Virus record (IMG/VR): IMGVR_UViG_3300025867_000008
Location: 1-64,000 of that record
Source of the DNA: a virus
Taxonomy: Duplodnaviria; Caudoviricetes
Direction: 5' to 3' (one strand)
Length of the DNA stretch: 64,000 bases
A program made the position numbers and the translations under genes. Each line of letters starts with the position of its first letter. Within the stretch, counting starts at the first letter, position 1. The notes under the pieces were generated by a model. That model worked only from the letters and a program-made list of their open reading frames with translations. It had not been told where the DNA came from and searched no databases. Shown piece by piece: positions 1 to 9,900 of this stretch.

Positions 1-249
1 AAAAAAGAATATAATGTTGTTAGAGTAGATGAAATGAAAGAAGAATTAAATATAATAAAAGATCGTTTCAATAGGCAGTCAGAATTATATGAGTATCAAA
101 TAAAAAAACAAGAAGAAGAAATCTATAATCTGAAAAACGACGGTGAAAGGAAAACTGGTTTGGAAAAGATAGCACTGATAGGTGGTATAATATTTATCGT
201 TTTTGTTTTAGTTGTAGTTGCCGTAAAAAATCTTTATTTTCTTTTTTAA
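1..249 (+). CDS. 3' end of a coiled-coil protein with a C-terminal membrane anchor (probably starts before the window)
   Basis: Frame is open from base 1 through the ATG at 34; C-terminal hydrophobic IALIGGIIFIVFVLVVVAV. Confidence 0.6.
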   Translation, partial: KKEYNVVRVDEMKEELNIIKDRFNRQSELYEYQIKKQEEEIYNLKNDGERKTGLEKIALIGGIIFIVFVLVVVAVKNLYFLF

Positions 250-257
250 TTTTTTAT

Positions 258-281
258 CATTTTTGACATTTTTGACATTTT
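258..281 (+). promoter_or_regulatory. Short direct repeats (CATTTTTGA x2 + CATTTT), possible operator upstream of the RHH gene
   Basis: catttttgacatttttgacatttt lies just before TTAATATATA (286-295) and the ATG at 319. Confidence 0.35.
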
Positions 282-318
282 ATTTTTAATATATACGATA
301 AAAAATGTATAATTAAAA

Positions 319-732
319 ATGGCAAAAATAACAAAAACTTATTCAATCGACAAAAAAGTCTACGAAGCATTCGATCAAGTAGCTGACGAAAATAACATAA
401 ACAAAAGTTCATTTATTGAAGGATGTATAAATAAATATCTAGACGATAATAGAATGGGATTTGTAGATAAAGTGTATGTGTTGAAAACAAATCCAGATTA
501 CGGTGTAAAAATAAAACGTCAAGATGATACTTTTTATTATCTGAGTGATGATAGTAAAATTCCTATTATTTTATTTATGCAGATGTATAAAGAAGTTGAG
601 CAAGTCAATCCAAAAGAATTTTTCAACAGCAATTTAGACGATAGATTAACAGTTGTTGTAAATGGTGAAAAACAAAGTTTGGGTGATTTTAAAAAGACTG
701 GTTATGAGGATGCCGAAAGGATTAATTCATGA
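319..732 (+). CDS. Ribbon-helix-helix (CopG-like) DNA-binding protein with an extra C-terminal domain
   Basis: N-terminus KITKTYSIDKKVYEAFDQVADENNINKSSFIEGCINKYL fits the RHH strand-helix-helix pattern. Confidence 0.6.
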   Translation: MAKITKTYSIDKKVYEAFDQVADENNINKSSFIEGCINKYLDDNRMGFVDKVYVLKTNPDYGVKIKRQDDTFYYLSDDSKIPIILFMQMYKEVEQVNPKEFFNSNLDDRLTVVVNGEKQSLGDFKKTGYEDAERINS

Positions 733-1360
733 TATGATTTCTTTCAAATATAATTTCCCCTTCATTTATATAATCTCTTATTAATTCACCCAATATTTCA
801 TATGGTGATTTATCTTCTTCCCATACCTCCTCGTCATAAACATCATAAGCTCTTATCTTCTTCTCTTTGGCTTTTGACATGGATTCATTATTGACTTTAA
901 TATCTGTGATTTTATCTCCTCGAGTAACAACTACTATAAGAGTTTTGTCTCTGAATAAAATACCGTAATAAGTATATACATTTCCATTATTATTATTTTT
1001 TCTATTTTCCTTTTTAGTTTTTCTTATTTTATCCGGATCGTTTTCTATGATATTAATATATTTATTGAGAATTGGAGCTTGATTTTTTGCTTTCTCTAAT
1101 TGTTCTAATTCTTTCTCTCTTTTAAGTCTTCTTTCTTGCTCTTCTTTTTTAGCTTTTCTTTCAGCTTCAATCTTTCTTAAAATTTCCCTTCTCATTTTAT
1201 CTAACCGCTCTTTTTCAGCTGCGAGTATTCTTTCTTCTTCTCTTTTCTTTCCAAAATATTCTTTTTTATTTTGATTCCAAAAAGGTTCATTCGGATCTTT
1301 TTTACTTTCTTTTCTAAATTTTAGAAATCTATATTCTTCAAATGTTTTTAAATTTTCCAT
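722..1360 (-). CDS. Hypothetical, CTS-like leader, degenerate DPYGEExW motif; paralog of 1362..1898
   Basis: Start moved to MENLKTFEEY (ATG at 1360); DVYDEEVW; shares LxKYIxII..PD(K/R)I(R/K)KTK and YYGILFxD with its neighbour. Confidence 0.75.
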   Translation of the reverse strand: MENLKTFEEYRFLKFRKESKKDPNEPFWNQNKKEYFGKKREEERILAAEKERLDKMRREILRKIEAERKAKKEEQERRLKREKELEQLEKAKNQAPILNKYINIIENDPDKIRKTKKENRKNNNNGNVYTYYGILFRDKTLIVVVTRGDKITDIKVNNESMSKAKEKKIRAYDVYDEEVWEEDKSPYEILGELIRDYINEGEIIFERNHIMN

Positions 1361-1361
1361 A

Positions 1362-1898
1362 TCAAAATATAATTTCATTTTTTCTAACATAATCTATAAC
1401 CAAATCATGCAAAACTTCCCAAGATGTTTTTTCATTTTCTTCCCAGGATTCCTCACCAAACGGATCAACTTCTTTGTTCATCTTCTTTTCCTTCGTATCA
1501 GACATATCCACATCATTTATTCTGAGGTATCTTTGTTGCATTTCACCAGTCATCCCATAACCTTTATAATAAGATGATACTACGGTTGTGCCATCATCGA
1601 ACAATATTCCATAATAAAGATAAGTTCCGTAACCTTGATGTTCTCTATCTCTAAATTTAGTCTTCTTTATTCTATCTGGATGATTTGTAATAATATCAAT
1701 GTATTTGTCCAGCATGGGCTTTTCTTCTCTGGCTTTTGTAACTCCATTTAAATATCTTCGCTCTTCTTCTTCCGCTAGTCTTCTAATTCTTTCTTCTTCA
1801 AATTGAAGTTCTTCTTGATGTTCTTCCTCACGACGACGACGTATGCGACCAAAAAGTTGTTCGTTCAAAAATTCATTATATTTAACTAATTCTTTCAT
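1362..1898 (-). CDS. Hypothetical, CTS-like leader plus DPFGEESW
   Basis: MKELVKYNEFLNE leader; EVDPFGEESWEE. Confidence 0.8.
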   Translation of the reverse strand: MKELVKYNEFLNEQLFGRIRRRREEEHQEELQFEEERIRRLAEEEERRYLNGVTKAREEKPMLDKYIDIITNHPDRIKKTKFRDREHQGYGTYLYYGILFDDGTTVVSSYYKGYGMTGEMQQRYLRINDVDMSDTKEKKMNKEVDPFGEESWEENEKTSWEVLHDLVIDYVRKNEIIF

Positions 1899-1913
1899 AT
1901 TTCTTTCATATTA

Positions 1914-2720
1914 TTATTTAATTGTTACAGGCTCAAACCAGTAATTAAACCAAAAATAATTATTTCTTACAATATCATATTTTTTTCCTTCTATATCTAA
2001 TGTTACATAAGGATCTCCATTTTCATCTGTATTATATCCTTTAACTTCAACAATTTTTCCTTCTTTTAAATATTTTTGTCCTCCCATTTCATCTCTTAGC
2101 GGACAATCTTGTTTTAAATTCCTATACATACCTGGTTTAGGAATAAACCAGTTATAAACCAACTTGTATAGATATTGATTTAACTTCAAATAATATTCTT
2201 TATCAATGTATTTAAATTTTGGATCACTCAACATTTCTGTATCAAATGTTGGTTTGGTATGACTTGCGTTAAAATTACGAAAAACTCCAAAAAATTCTTG
2301 ATCCATAAAATCAAAAGATATGTAGATATTGAGTTTTAAACTCTCATTTTTGAATATCCTTAATATTTTTATATTTTTATATTCATCAATTTCCTCTAAA
2401 AATCTATCAGATTTTCTAACGAATATATGGTCATCCAACATTTCCTTAGATATTTGTTGAATAATTTGCATTAATCTACTTGTTGTTCCAGCACTTCTTG
2501 CGTAAAAATCTACATACGGATTTGAGTCTGGTGAATATATGGAAAGCCCTGGATCACAGGCTGTTCCGTAGCCAGGTCCAAAAGTACTAACGGCATTATC
2601 TATTCCAAGTTGATATTGATTGAACTCAGATGATTCTCTAATCATTTGAACTTGTTCTGATCGGTTGATATATTCAACTAGTCTTTGGTTTGTCGTGAAT
2701 TGTTTAAAATTAGTTACCAT
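1914..2720 (-). CDS. Hypothetical protein
   Basis: 268-aa ORF in a minus-strand operon; leader MVTNFKQF. Confidence 0.75.
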   Translation of the reverse strand: MVTNFKQFTTNQRLVEYINRSEQVQMIRESSEFNQYQLGIDNAVSTFGPGYGTACDPGLSIYSPDSNPYVDFYARSAGTTSRLMQIIQQISKEMLDDHIFVRKSDRFLEEIDEYKNIKILRIFKNESLKLNIYISFDFMDQEFFGVFRNFNASHTKPTFDTEMLSDPKFKYIDKEYYLKLNQYLYKLVYNWFIPKPGMYRNLKQDCPLRDEMGGQKYLKEGKIVEVKGYNTDENGDPYVTLDIEGKKYDIVRNNYFWFNYWFEPVTIK

Positions 2721-2922
2721 GCAATTTAAATAAGTTATTATTTATTTTTTCGAATAAACCGTCTTTAACTGCCATATTACATAAAAATCTTCCGAATTTT
2801 TTAATTGGTATTATATCGCATTCTGGAGTGACTTCTATTCCGATTTTATTTAAAAATCTATCTAAAAATGAGTTATTCCCTGATTCTTCGTTTAAAGTAT
2901 CTGTAAATTTTTTTACTTCCAT
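2710..2922 (-). CDS. Small hypothetical, CTS-like leader
   Basis: MEVKKFTDTLNEE; TATATA element upstream at about 2942-2948. Confidence 0.65.
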   Translation of the reverse strand: MEVKKFTDTLNEESGNNSFLDRFLNKIGIEVTPECDIIPIKKFGRFLCNMAVKDGLFEKINNNLFKLHGN

Positions 2923-3018
2923 GATCGATCTTATTTTTTCTTATATATAAAATATGAAAAATGAAATATATTTTTTAATATATATAAGAAAATATCCTTT
3001 CAAAAAATAATTAATATT

Positions 3019-5154
3019 ATGGATCTTAATAATATAAATTCTTTTGATAATTTCAAAAAAATATTAGAACAATCTATACCATCAGAATTTCAAAACGCAA
3101 CAAGATTTTCTCAATGTTTAGTTGGTAGAGGTCTGTTTAGTATATTAAGATATTTCAAACAAGGAATAGATATGGGTAGATTAGAATATCTCAGAAGAAA
3201 ACTCGAGAATGAATATTTTGCAGGTTGGTTAAGATTCTGTGCAGCTCGTCAAATAAATATAAAAGATGGAACAATGATTGAGAAAAGTGTTCAAACTTCG
3301 GGCGAAGAATATGGTGGTGGTGAGGACACTGATCAAGGCGAACAACCAAACAATGAGTTTGTTTGTGAGATTTTAAATTTGGATTATACAGATAAAAATC
3401 AATTAGCCACAACAAAGAAAAATTTTGAGGATCACATATCAAGTCTCGAACAACCCAAAACTGAAGGAGGAATTGAAGAAGAAGATTTAAAAGAATTGGA
3501 AGATGCTTTAAATGAAGCCGAATCTGCATTAGAATATCTTAAATTAAAAGAAGATATGAATAATAATGTATTTGAAGTATTATTAGCTGAACCATCGGGC
3601 GTAACTTTTGACGCTGAAAAAGAAAACAAAATATTGGAACTTTTAGAAAGAGTAAAAACTTTCTTAAGCGATAAAGCCAAAACTTGTACAACTTATCATT
3701 TAACAGAAAATGAGAAAGCTATAATAAATAAAATAGAATCTTGTACAAATGAAAATATCAAAACTAAATGTAACGAAATAAAATCTTTGATAGAAACAAC
3801 TACAGAACCTCAGTCACAACCAACTCAAGAAAGCCTTTTATTGGAAGAAGTTGTGAGTGGTAATATGCCTATAATGTTAGTGCTCGGTGATCAATTAAAT
3901 ACATCATATACGTCTGGTAGTGGAACAACATTGAAGAAAATAAAACCTTCTGATTATTTAAAATCTATTGGCATTAATAACGTGAGTGAAATTAATTGGA
4001 CAGAATGTGCTAGACTATTCTCAAAAAATCCAGAGTTTAAAAAAATGGCTGCTAATATGGTTACAATAGAAGCTGTGAGAAAAATTCAATATGCTGCGTC
4101 AAGAATCATATTTAGAGTTAAGAAAACTCCAACCTACACAGGTATGACTCCCGAAAAAGGCGGCGGTGTTGATTATAAAGAAGATTCCGCTCTAAGAACA
4201 GTTTGGGAAAGAAAAGTAGAAGTTGTCAAAGGCGAATGGACAATGTTTTTAGATTTTTCTAGTTATAAAATAGATCCATTTAGAGCATTAAACTTACAAG
4301 ATGCTATAAGAAGCAGAGATGCTAATTTTAATAGTTTCAAAGAAGAATTCGATGCTCAAACAGGAGGCATAATAAGTGAAGATGAAATGTCTAAAATAGG
4401 ATTAAAACTTATTAAAGATAGAATGTTCAAAAAAGAAGGAACCCCAATAGTTATAAACTATATATTGAATAATAAGAATATGTGGTTAGTTTTCTTTATT
4501 GAAACTGATAAATTAAATGCTGAAAGAACTGTGTATAGATATATAGGCAACATAGATATAAATAAAATAAGAAACGATAAAGTTTATCAAAGAAGTGATT
4601 TCAAAGATAAAGCTAAAGATTATGCCGCTTGTATATTAGACAATAATTATAATAACATTGGAGATAAAGAAGTAAAAAATATTCTTAAAATAGATAGAAA
4701 TGCCGTATCAAAGGGGACTTCAAAATATTTAAATGGAATATTCTTAGCTTCACCTGATTTTAAAAGAATAGGAATTAATGAAGAAGGAGTACCTAAATTA
4801 CGTAGATCTAGATTATTCTTCTTATATTTAGATGGAAGTGTTTTAAATAAGAATAATGCATTTTCTTCAATAAATACACACTCTCCAATAGATAAAGCCA
4901 GAGTTGGGTTGGATACAATTGAAAAGGGTGGAAATAAAATAGATATACCAACTACTACTGTGGTTGATCTAAAAGATCCTAATATTAAGAACCTTTTGAA
5001 TTCTTATGTTGGAAATATGTATATTTTCCTACCAACTTGGGAAGAAAATTATTTTGGAACATTGACAACGAATATACATAATATGACAAAAAATCCATCT
5101 CCGTTAAAAATAAATAGTGGAGAGTCTTTTAACGGAGTATTTACTTTAAAATAA
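3019..5154 (+). CDS. Large hypothetical, probable virion internal protein
   Basis: 711 aa; leader MDLNNINSFDNFKKILE; internal QESLLLEE; TTAATATATA at 2975. Confidence 0.75.
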   Translation: MDLNNINSFDNFKKILEQSIPSEFQNATRFSQCLVGRGLFSILRYFKQGIDMGRLEYLRRKLENEYFAGWLRFCAARQINIKDGTMIEKSVQTSGEEYGGGEDTDQGEQPNNEFVCEILNLDYTDKNQLATTKKNFEDHISSLEQPKTEGGIEEEDLKELEDALNEAESALEYLKLKEDMNNNVFEVLLAEPSGVTFDAEKENKILELLERVKTFLSDKAKTCTTYHLTENEKAIINKIESCTNENIKTKCNEIKSLIETTTEPQSQPTQESLLLEEVVSGNMPIMLVLGDQLNTSYTSGSGTTLKKIKPSDYLKSIGINNVSEINWTECARLFSKNPEFKKMAANMVTIEAVRKIQYAASRIIFRVKKTPTYTGMTPEKGGGVDYKEDSALRTVWERKVEVVKGEWTMFLDFSSYKIDPFRALNLQDAIRSRDANFNSFKEEFDAQTGGIISEDEMSKIGLKLIKDRMFKKEGTPIVINYILNNKNMWLVFFIETDKLNAERTVYRYIGNIDINKIRNDKVYQRSDFKDKAKDYAACILDNNYNNIGDKEVKNILKIDRNAVSKGTSKYLNGIFLASPDFKRIGINEEGVPKLRRSRLFFLYLDGSVLNKNNAFSSINTHSPIDKARVGLDTIEKGGNKIDIPTTTVVDLKDPNIKNLLNSYVGNMYIFLPTWEENYFGTLTTNIHNMTKNPSPLKINSGESFNGVFTLK

Positions 5155-5166
5155 AATTTAAGAAAT

Positions 5167-6105
5167 ATGTTAAAATTTTCTGAATATAATAAATTATTTG
5201 AACAAACAACAACGGCAGCTCCACCAAAAGCTGCACAACCAGTAGCGCCAGCTCCGCCAAAACCTGCACAACCAGCAGCACCAGCTCCAAAACCAGTTAA
5301 AGAATTAAATGCTTTAAGTGTAATAATACAGAAAATAGATAAAATAAAAAACAAAGTTGCTGAAAAGAAAACAGCAAAACCAGGCGAACCAGAGAAAGCT
5401 TCTGTAAAACAAGGAGAACCAATTCTTTTGAAAGTCGGCGTTAACTTTAGGGTAGAGAGTAAAAAAGGATATGAATTCGATTTTTATTTTGTCAAAGAAA
5501 ATGAAAATGATTATCCTTTATATTCTGTAAATACAACTTATGAAAAAATAAAATCTCAAAATAAGTATGTTATACCTCTTAAAGATGATGTTTACGATAA
5601 ATTTATGGATATTTGTGGAACTTTAAAAACTGCTATACAACAAAAACAACAACCAACGTCTCCCATTCCAGGTAAGAACAAACCAGTTTTAGCATCTTAT
5701 ACCTTCGATGATGAATATTTGAGGTTATTTGAAATAGCTGGACAAGAGAATTTATTATCTGCATTGGTTGGATCTTTTGGACAATCAAAATTATCTGATG
5801 GAACTACTACTGTTCTTATGGCATATGGTCAAATTAAAGATTCTATAGGGGAACTTAAAAATAAAAATCTTAATGATTTAGATTCAATGGTTTCTCAAAA
5901 AAATATAGTTAAAGATAGTGAAAAGGATCAATATATGACATTGTGGTATTTGGAAAAGGAAATTAAAATGGAAGACGGCGATTTAGAATTTCGCCCGCTG
6001 TCTTTAGGAAAGGATCTAAAAACTGGTAATAAAATAAAGATCTGTAGAGATGATCAAAATAAGTCTGTTCCTATAGAAATAGAAAAAATCGATGCTATAA
6101 AATGA
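5167..6105 (+). CDS. Hypothetical, CTS-like leader, Pro/Ala-rich linker
   Basis: MLKFSEYNKLFE then AAPPKAAQPVAPAPPKPAQP. Confidence 0.75.
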   Translation: MLKFSEYNKLFEQTTTAAPPKAAQPVAPAPPKPAQPAAPAPKPVKELNALSVIIQKIDKIKNKVAEKKTAKPGEPEKASVKQGEPILLKVGVNFRVESKKGYEFDFYFVKENENDYPLYSVNTTYEKIKSQNKYVIPLKDDVYDKFMDICGTLKTAIQQKQQPTSPIPGKNKPVLASYTFDDEYLRLFEIAGQENLLSALVGSFGQSKLSDGTTTVLMAYGQIKDSIGELKNKNLNDLDSMVSQKNIVKDSEKDQYMTLWYLEKEIKMEDGDLEFRPLSLGKDLKTGNKIKICRDDQNKSVPIEIEKIDAIK

Positions 6106-6524
6106 TAAAAAAATTCAATGATTTTGTTAGCGAAATGGTTACTTCACAAGACATGAAGAATAATCTTGATCTTGGTATTGAAAAACAAGATGCCGCTAAT
6201 CCAGCTAATCAACAGCAACAACAACCACAGGATAAGACTTTACAAAAAACTGCAAATCTGAAAGTTACAGATATTCAAGCAAGAATAAATCAATTGGGAT
6301 TACAAAAACAAGCTGTGAATCAAGAAATATTGAAACTCCAAGACGCTCAAAGAGATTTGCGTCCGAATAATCCACAAGATCCTCAAAATGCTCAGAAACA
6401 AAAAGTATTTGACACTGATCAGCAAACTAAAATTAAAATTCAACAAGACAAATTAAAGGTTTTAGATGCTGAAATTCAAAATCTTCAACAAGAGATTACC
6501 AGGAATAAAGAAAAATATTTATGA
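6102..6524 (+). CDS. Gln-rich coiled-coil protein, CTS-like leader
   Basis: MIKKFNDFVSE; ATGA overlap with the previous gene. Confidence 0.75.
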   Translation: MIKKFNDFVSEMVTSQDMKNNLDLGIEKQDAANPANQQQQQPQDKTLQKTANLKVTDIQARINQLGLQKQAVNQEILKLQDAQRDLRPNNPQDPQNAQKQKVFDTDQQTKIKIQQDKLKVLDAEIQNLQQEITRNKEKYL

Positions 6525-6913
6525 AACATTTATTGTCTATCAATGAAGCCGTTGTGAAATGGAGAGATGGTGATGAAGAAGAAATAGAGGAATCTTCAGA
6601 AAAATATAAATTTAAAGTAGTTATAGGTGATTGGTCTTCTGATGGGGCATAGTAAATCAGATGAATATGTTTTTGAAGGAAATTATCATGTTAGCAAACT
6701 GCGTCAAGCATATAAAGATAGTTGTAGGCTAACAGGAGTTCAATTTAATCATAATCAAAATTATACTGGAATTGAAATAGATAGAAATTTACCACATCAA
6801 GAGCGTGGGAAGAGGCCGCTTTTAGAAGATCGGAATTAAAAAATATTCCTCCTTTAAATGGATATTGGAATAAAGAATTAAATGTTCAATTTGGATACGG
6901 ATTATACGAATAA
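6521..6913 (+). pseudogene. Disrupted hypothetical gene in three frame pieces
   Basis: MKHLLSINE...IGDWSSDG, then an extra G in GGGG (6644-6647), then HSKSDEYVFEG...QAYKDSCRLTG, a second frame break near 6805, then WEEAAFRRSELKNIPPLNGYWNKELNVQFGYGLYE-TAA. Confidence 0.6.
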
Positions 6914-6950
6914 AAATTAAAAAATGTTTTCAAAATAGAAGGCTGCGTTT

Positions 6951-6960
6951 TTAATATATA
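6951..6960 (+). promoter_or_regulatory. Putative phage late promoter TTAATATATA (representative copy)
   Basis: Same 10-mer just upstream of starts at +286, 2975, 6951, 20485, 41611, 44752, 47118, 49128, 57315, 61059 and on the minus strand at 16663, 32223, 35813, 55963, 57288. Confidence 0.65.
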
Positions 6961-6983
6961 AAAGAAAAACGTAGCCTTTTTTA

Positions 6984-9900
6984 ATGCCAATACTCGACGA
7001 TAGATATGTAAGACATTTGCAGGATTTCACCAGAGCTTTAGAGGGAGTAGTTAATTTATTACAAGAAGACGCAGCAAGGAGAAATGTTGATGTTGTTGAT
7101 AAATTGTTGTCAAATATGAATGATGATCTCAAAAGTGTTGTGAAAAACATGGAGGTCGTTATGAAAACAACTAAAAAAATTGAATCACAAAATGATAGAA
7201 TTTTACATGAAGTTTTGGAAGCCCGCAAGGCTAAAGAAACCGGCGTGTTTGGAAATATTGCAGAAGCAGACAATAAAAGAAAAATATTAGATGCTGTTAA
7301 AGTTATCACTCTTATTGCCGCTGGTGTTTTGGCTATTGGTTTGGCTTTTAAAATTATAGCTCCTGTTAATTTCTTATCTGTTATAGCTATAGGTCTTGCA
7401 ATTGTATTTATAGCTGGAGCCTTTGTTATGGTGGCCGCGGTCACCGAAGGAATGGAAATTAAAGATGTTGCTAAAATTAGTGGCATGATGGTTGTCATGG
7501 CACTTGGACTTGCTGTGTCCAGTTGGGCCCTAGCCATAGCTGCTACTTTAACATTTGCTAAAGCTTTGTCTATAACTTTTGTTGCTGCCGTAATGGGCGT
7601 ATCTTTATACGCTATAGTTAAAGGAATACATAAATCAGGATTAAAACCAGCGGATTATCCAAAAATACTCATGCTTCCTTTAGTCCTTCCTTTAATAGCA
7701 CTCGGGCTAGCTATATCCAGTTTCTTCTTATCACGAGTTGTTCCACTTACATTCGCTCAAATGGCTACATCTGTTTTTGTGGCAGCTGCAATTGGGATGT
7801 CTATGTTTTTCATAGTTCAAGCGCTTGATAAATCTAAAATGGAAAAGAAACATGTAGCTCAACTTTTACTTCTTCCAATAATGGTTCCAGCGCTTGCTTT
7901 AGGATTAGTTTTATCTTCAATTATATTAAAAGGCATCCAACCATTATCATTTATGCAAATGGTAAGTGCTATTTTTGTGGCTGTTACTATTGGGGTTTTG
8001 GTGTATTTAATGAAACCGTTGATAGAAAAGATGAAAAGTTTCACTTTGAAGGAAGTTCTTTTAACGGGAGTTTTAGTGGCCGCCCTCGCCGCAGGATTGG
8101 TTGGAGCTAGTTGGATATTAGTCAATATGAAATTTTTCACAATAAGACAATCTATGGATTTAATAGTAACTAGTCTGGCAATAGGATTGGCAGTTTTGTT
8201 TTTAACTCCAGCTGTTTATATTTTGAAAAAAATTCATACAAATGATATGATAAACGCTGCTATGAATATAGTTATTGCAGCGGGAGCAATTATGGCAGCT
8301 AGTTGGTTATTGAATCTCGGAACTTATAATAATATGCCAGATCCAGAATGGTCATTGGGAAGTGGTCTAGCTATTATAGCTTTCGCTGGAATAGTTTGGG
8401 CATTAGATAAAATGGGATTAACCAAAGATTATAAGAAAATATTATTTGGAGGTTTGGCTATCATTGCAATATCTGCTGTTATAATGGTAACTAGTTTAAT
8501 ATTAGCTATTGGAAATTATGATGAATATCCAAGTCTTGGATGGGCGATGGGAGTTGGTTTATCATTAGTTGCTTTTGGAGCTGCTATGATGGTGTTAGGT
8601 CTTATTATTCAATCAACGGGTGGTATGGCTGCAGCGGCTCTTGCTATTGGAGCAGCTGCTACGATAGGAGTTGCCGCCACAATAATGGCAACATCTTTAA
8701 TTCTCGGTTTGGGGAATTATGATGAATATCCAACCGTAGGATGGGCATTTGGAGTTGGTTTGTCATTAATAGCCTTTGGTGGAGCAATGATGGTATTAGG
8801 AGGATTAATATTAGCCACTGGTGGGGCAGCGGTCTTAGCTATGACTATTGGAGCTGTTGCGACATTATTGGTTGCTGGATCGATTGTTGCTGTGTCTTAT
8901 ATTTTAGGATTAGGAGATTATGGAAATTATCCTGATTCTGATTGGGCGACGGGTGTTGGTCTGTCTATGATATTATTCGGTGGGGCTATGTTCTTTTTAG
9001 GGGGTATGTTAGGTCCTGTTGGATATGTTGTATTAGGAATAGGAGCAATATCGATGATGATAGTAGCTGGATCGATTGTGGCAGTATCAGCAATATTAGG
9101 ATCGGGTGATTACACGGGAGGACCTACTATGAATTGGGCTCTTGGCACAGGAGCATTATTAATGGCAGTAGGTTTAACGTCTGTATTATTTGCAGCTTTA
9201 CTTCCATTGATCATACTCGGTAGTTTTGGAATGAAAAGAGTTGCTCAATCAATAGTTGATGTTGCTGGGATTTTAGCAGAAGGAGATTATACCGGTGGCC
9301 CAACAAAAGAATGGGCAGAGGGAGTTGGTGGAGCTATTATGGCTTTTGCTAAAGGAATTGCAGCTCTAAGTGAAGCTGGTGGAGGTTTATTTGGAAGATT
9401 ATTTGGAGGTGGTGATCAAAGTGATAAAATCATTCAGATAGCAGAAGCTATGAAAATAGCCAATATCATTTTAGGAAGTGTACCTTGGTCAAATAACTAT
9501 CCTTCAAAAGAATGGTCGAAAGGAGTTGGTGGAGCTATCACGGCTTTTGCCGATGGAATAAAGAAATTGTCTGATGCCGATATAGATAGTGGTTTTGATT
9601 TTATCATGATGGTATCTATGTTAAGTTGGGGAATAATTAGAGCTGCTAAAATATTAAATACTTTTGATTGGGCAAATGTAAAAAATTATCCAAAGGCTGA
9701 TTGGTCAAGGGGTGTTGGTGAAGCCATTAATGCTTTTGCAAAACCACTCGCCGAAATGGCTAAATATGACGTTACTGGAAGTGATATAACACAGGGAATT
9801 AGAAAATTATCTAGAGGATTGATTGAAGCTGCGAAAATAATAGGAAAATATGATTGGTCGACAGCAACGAATTATCCTAGAAAAGATTGGGTAGAAGGAG

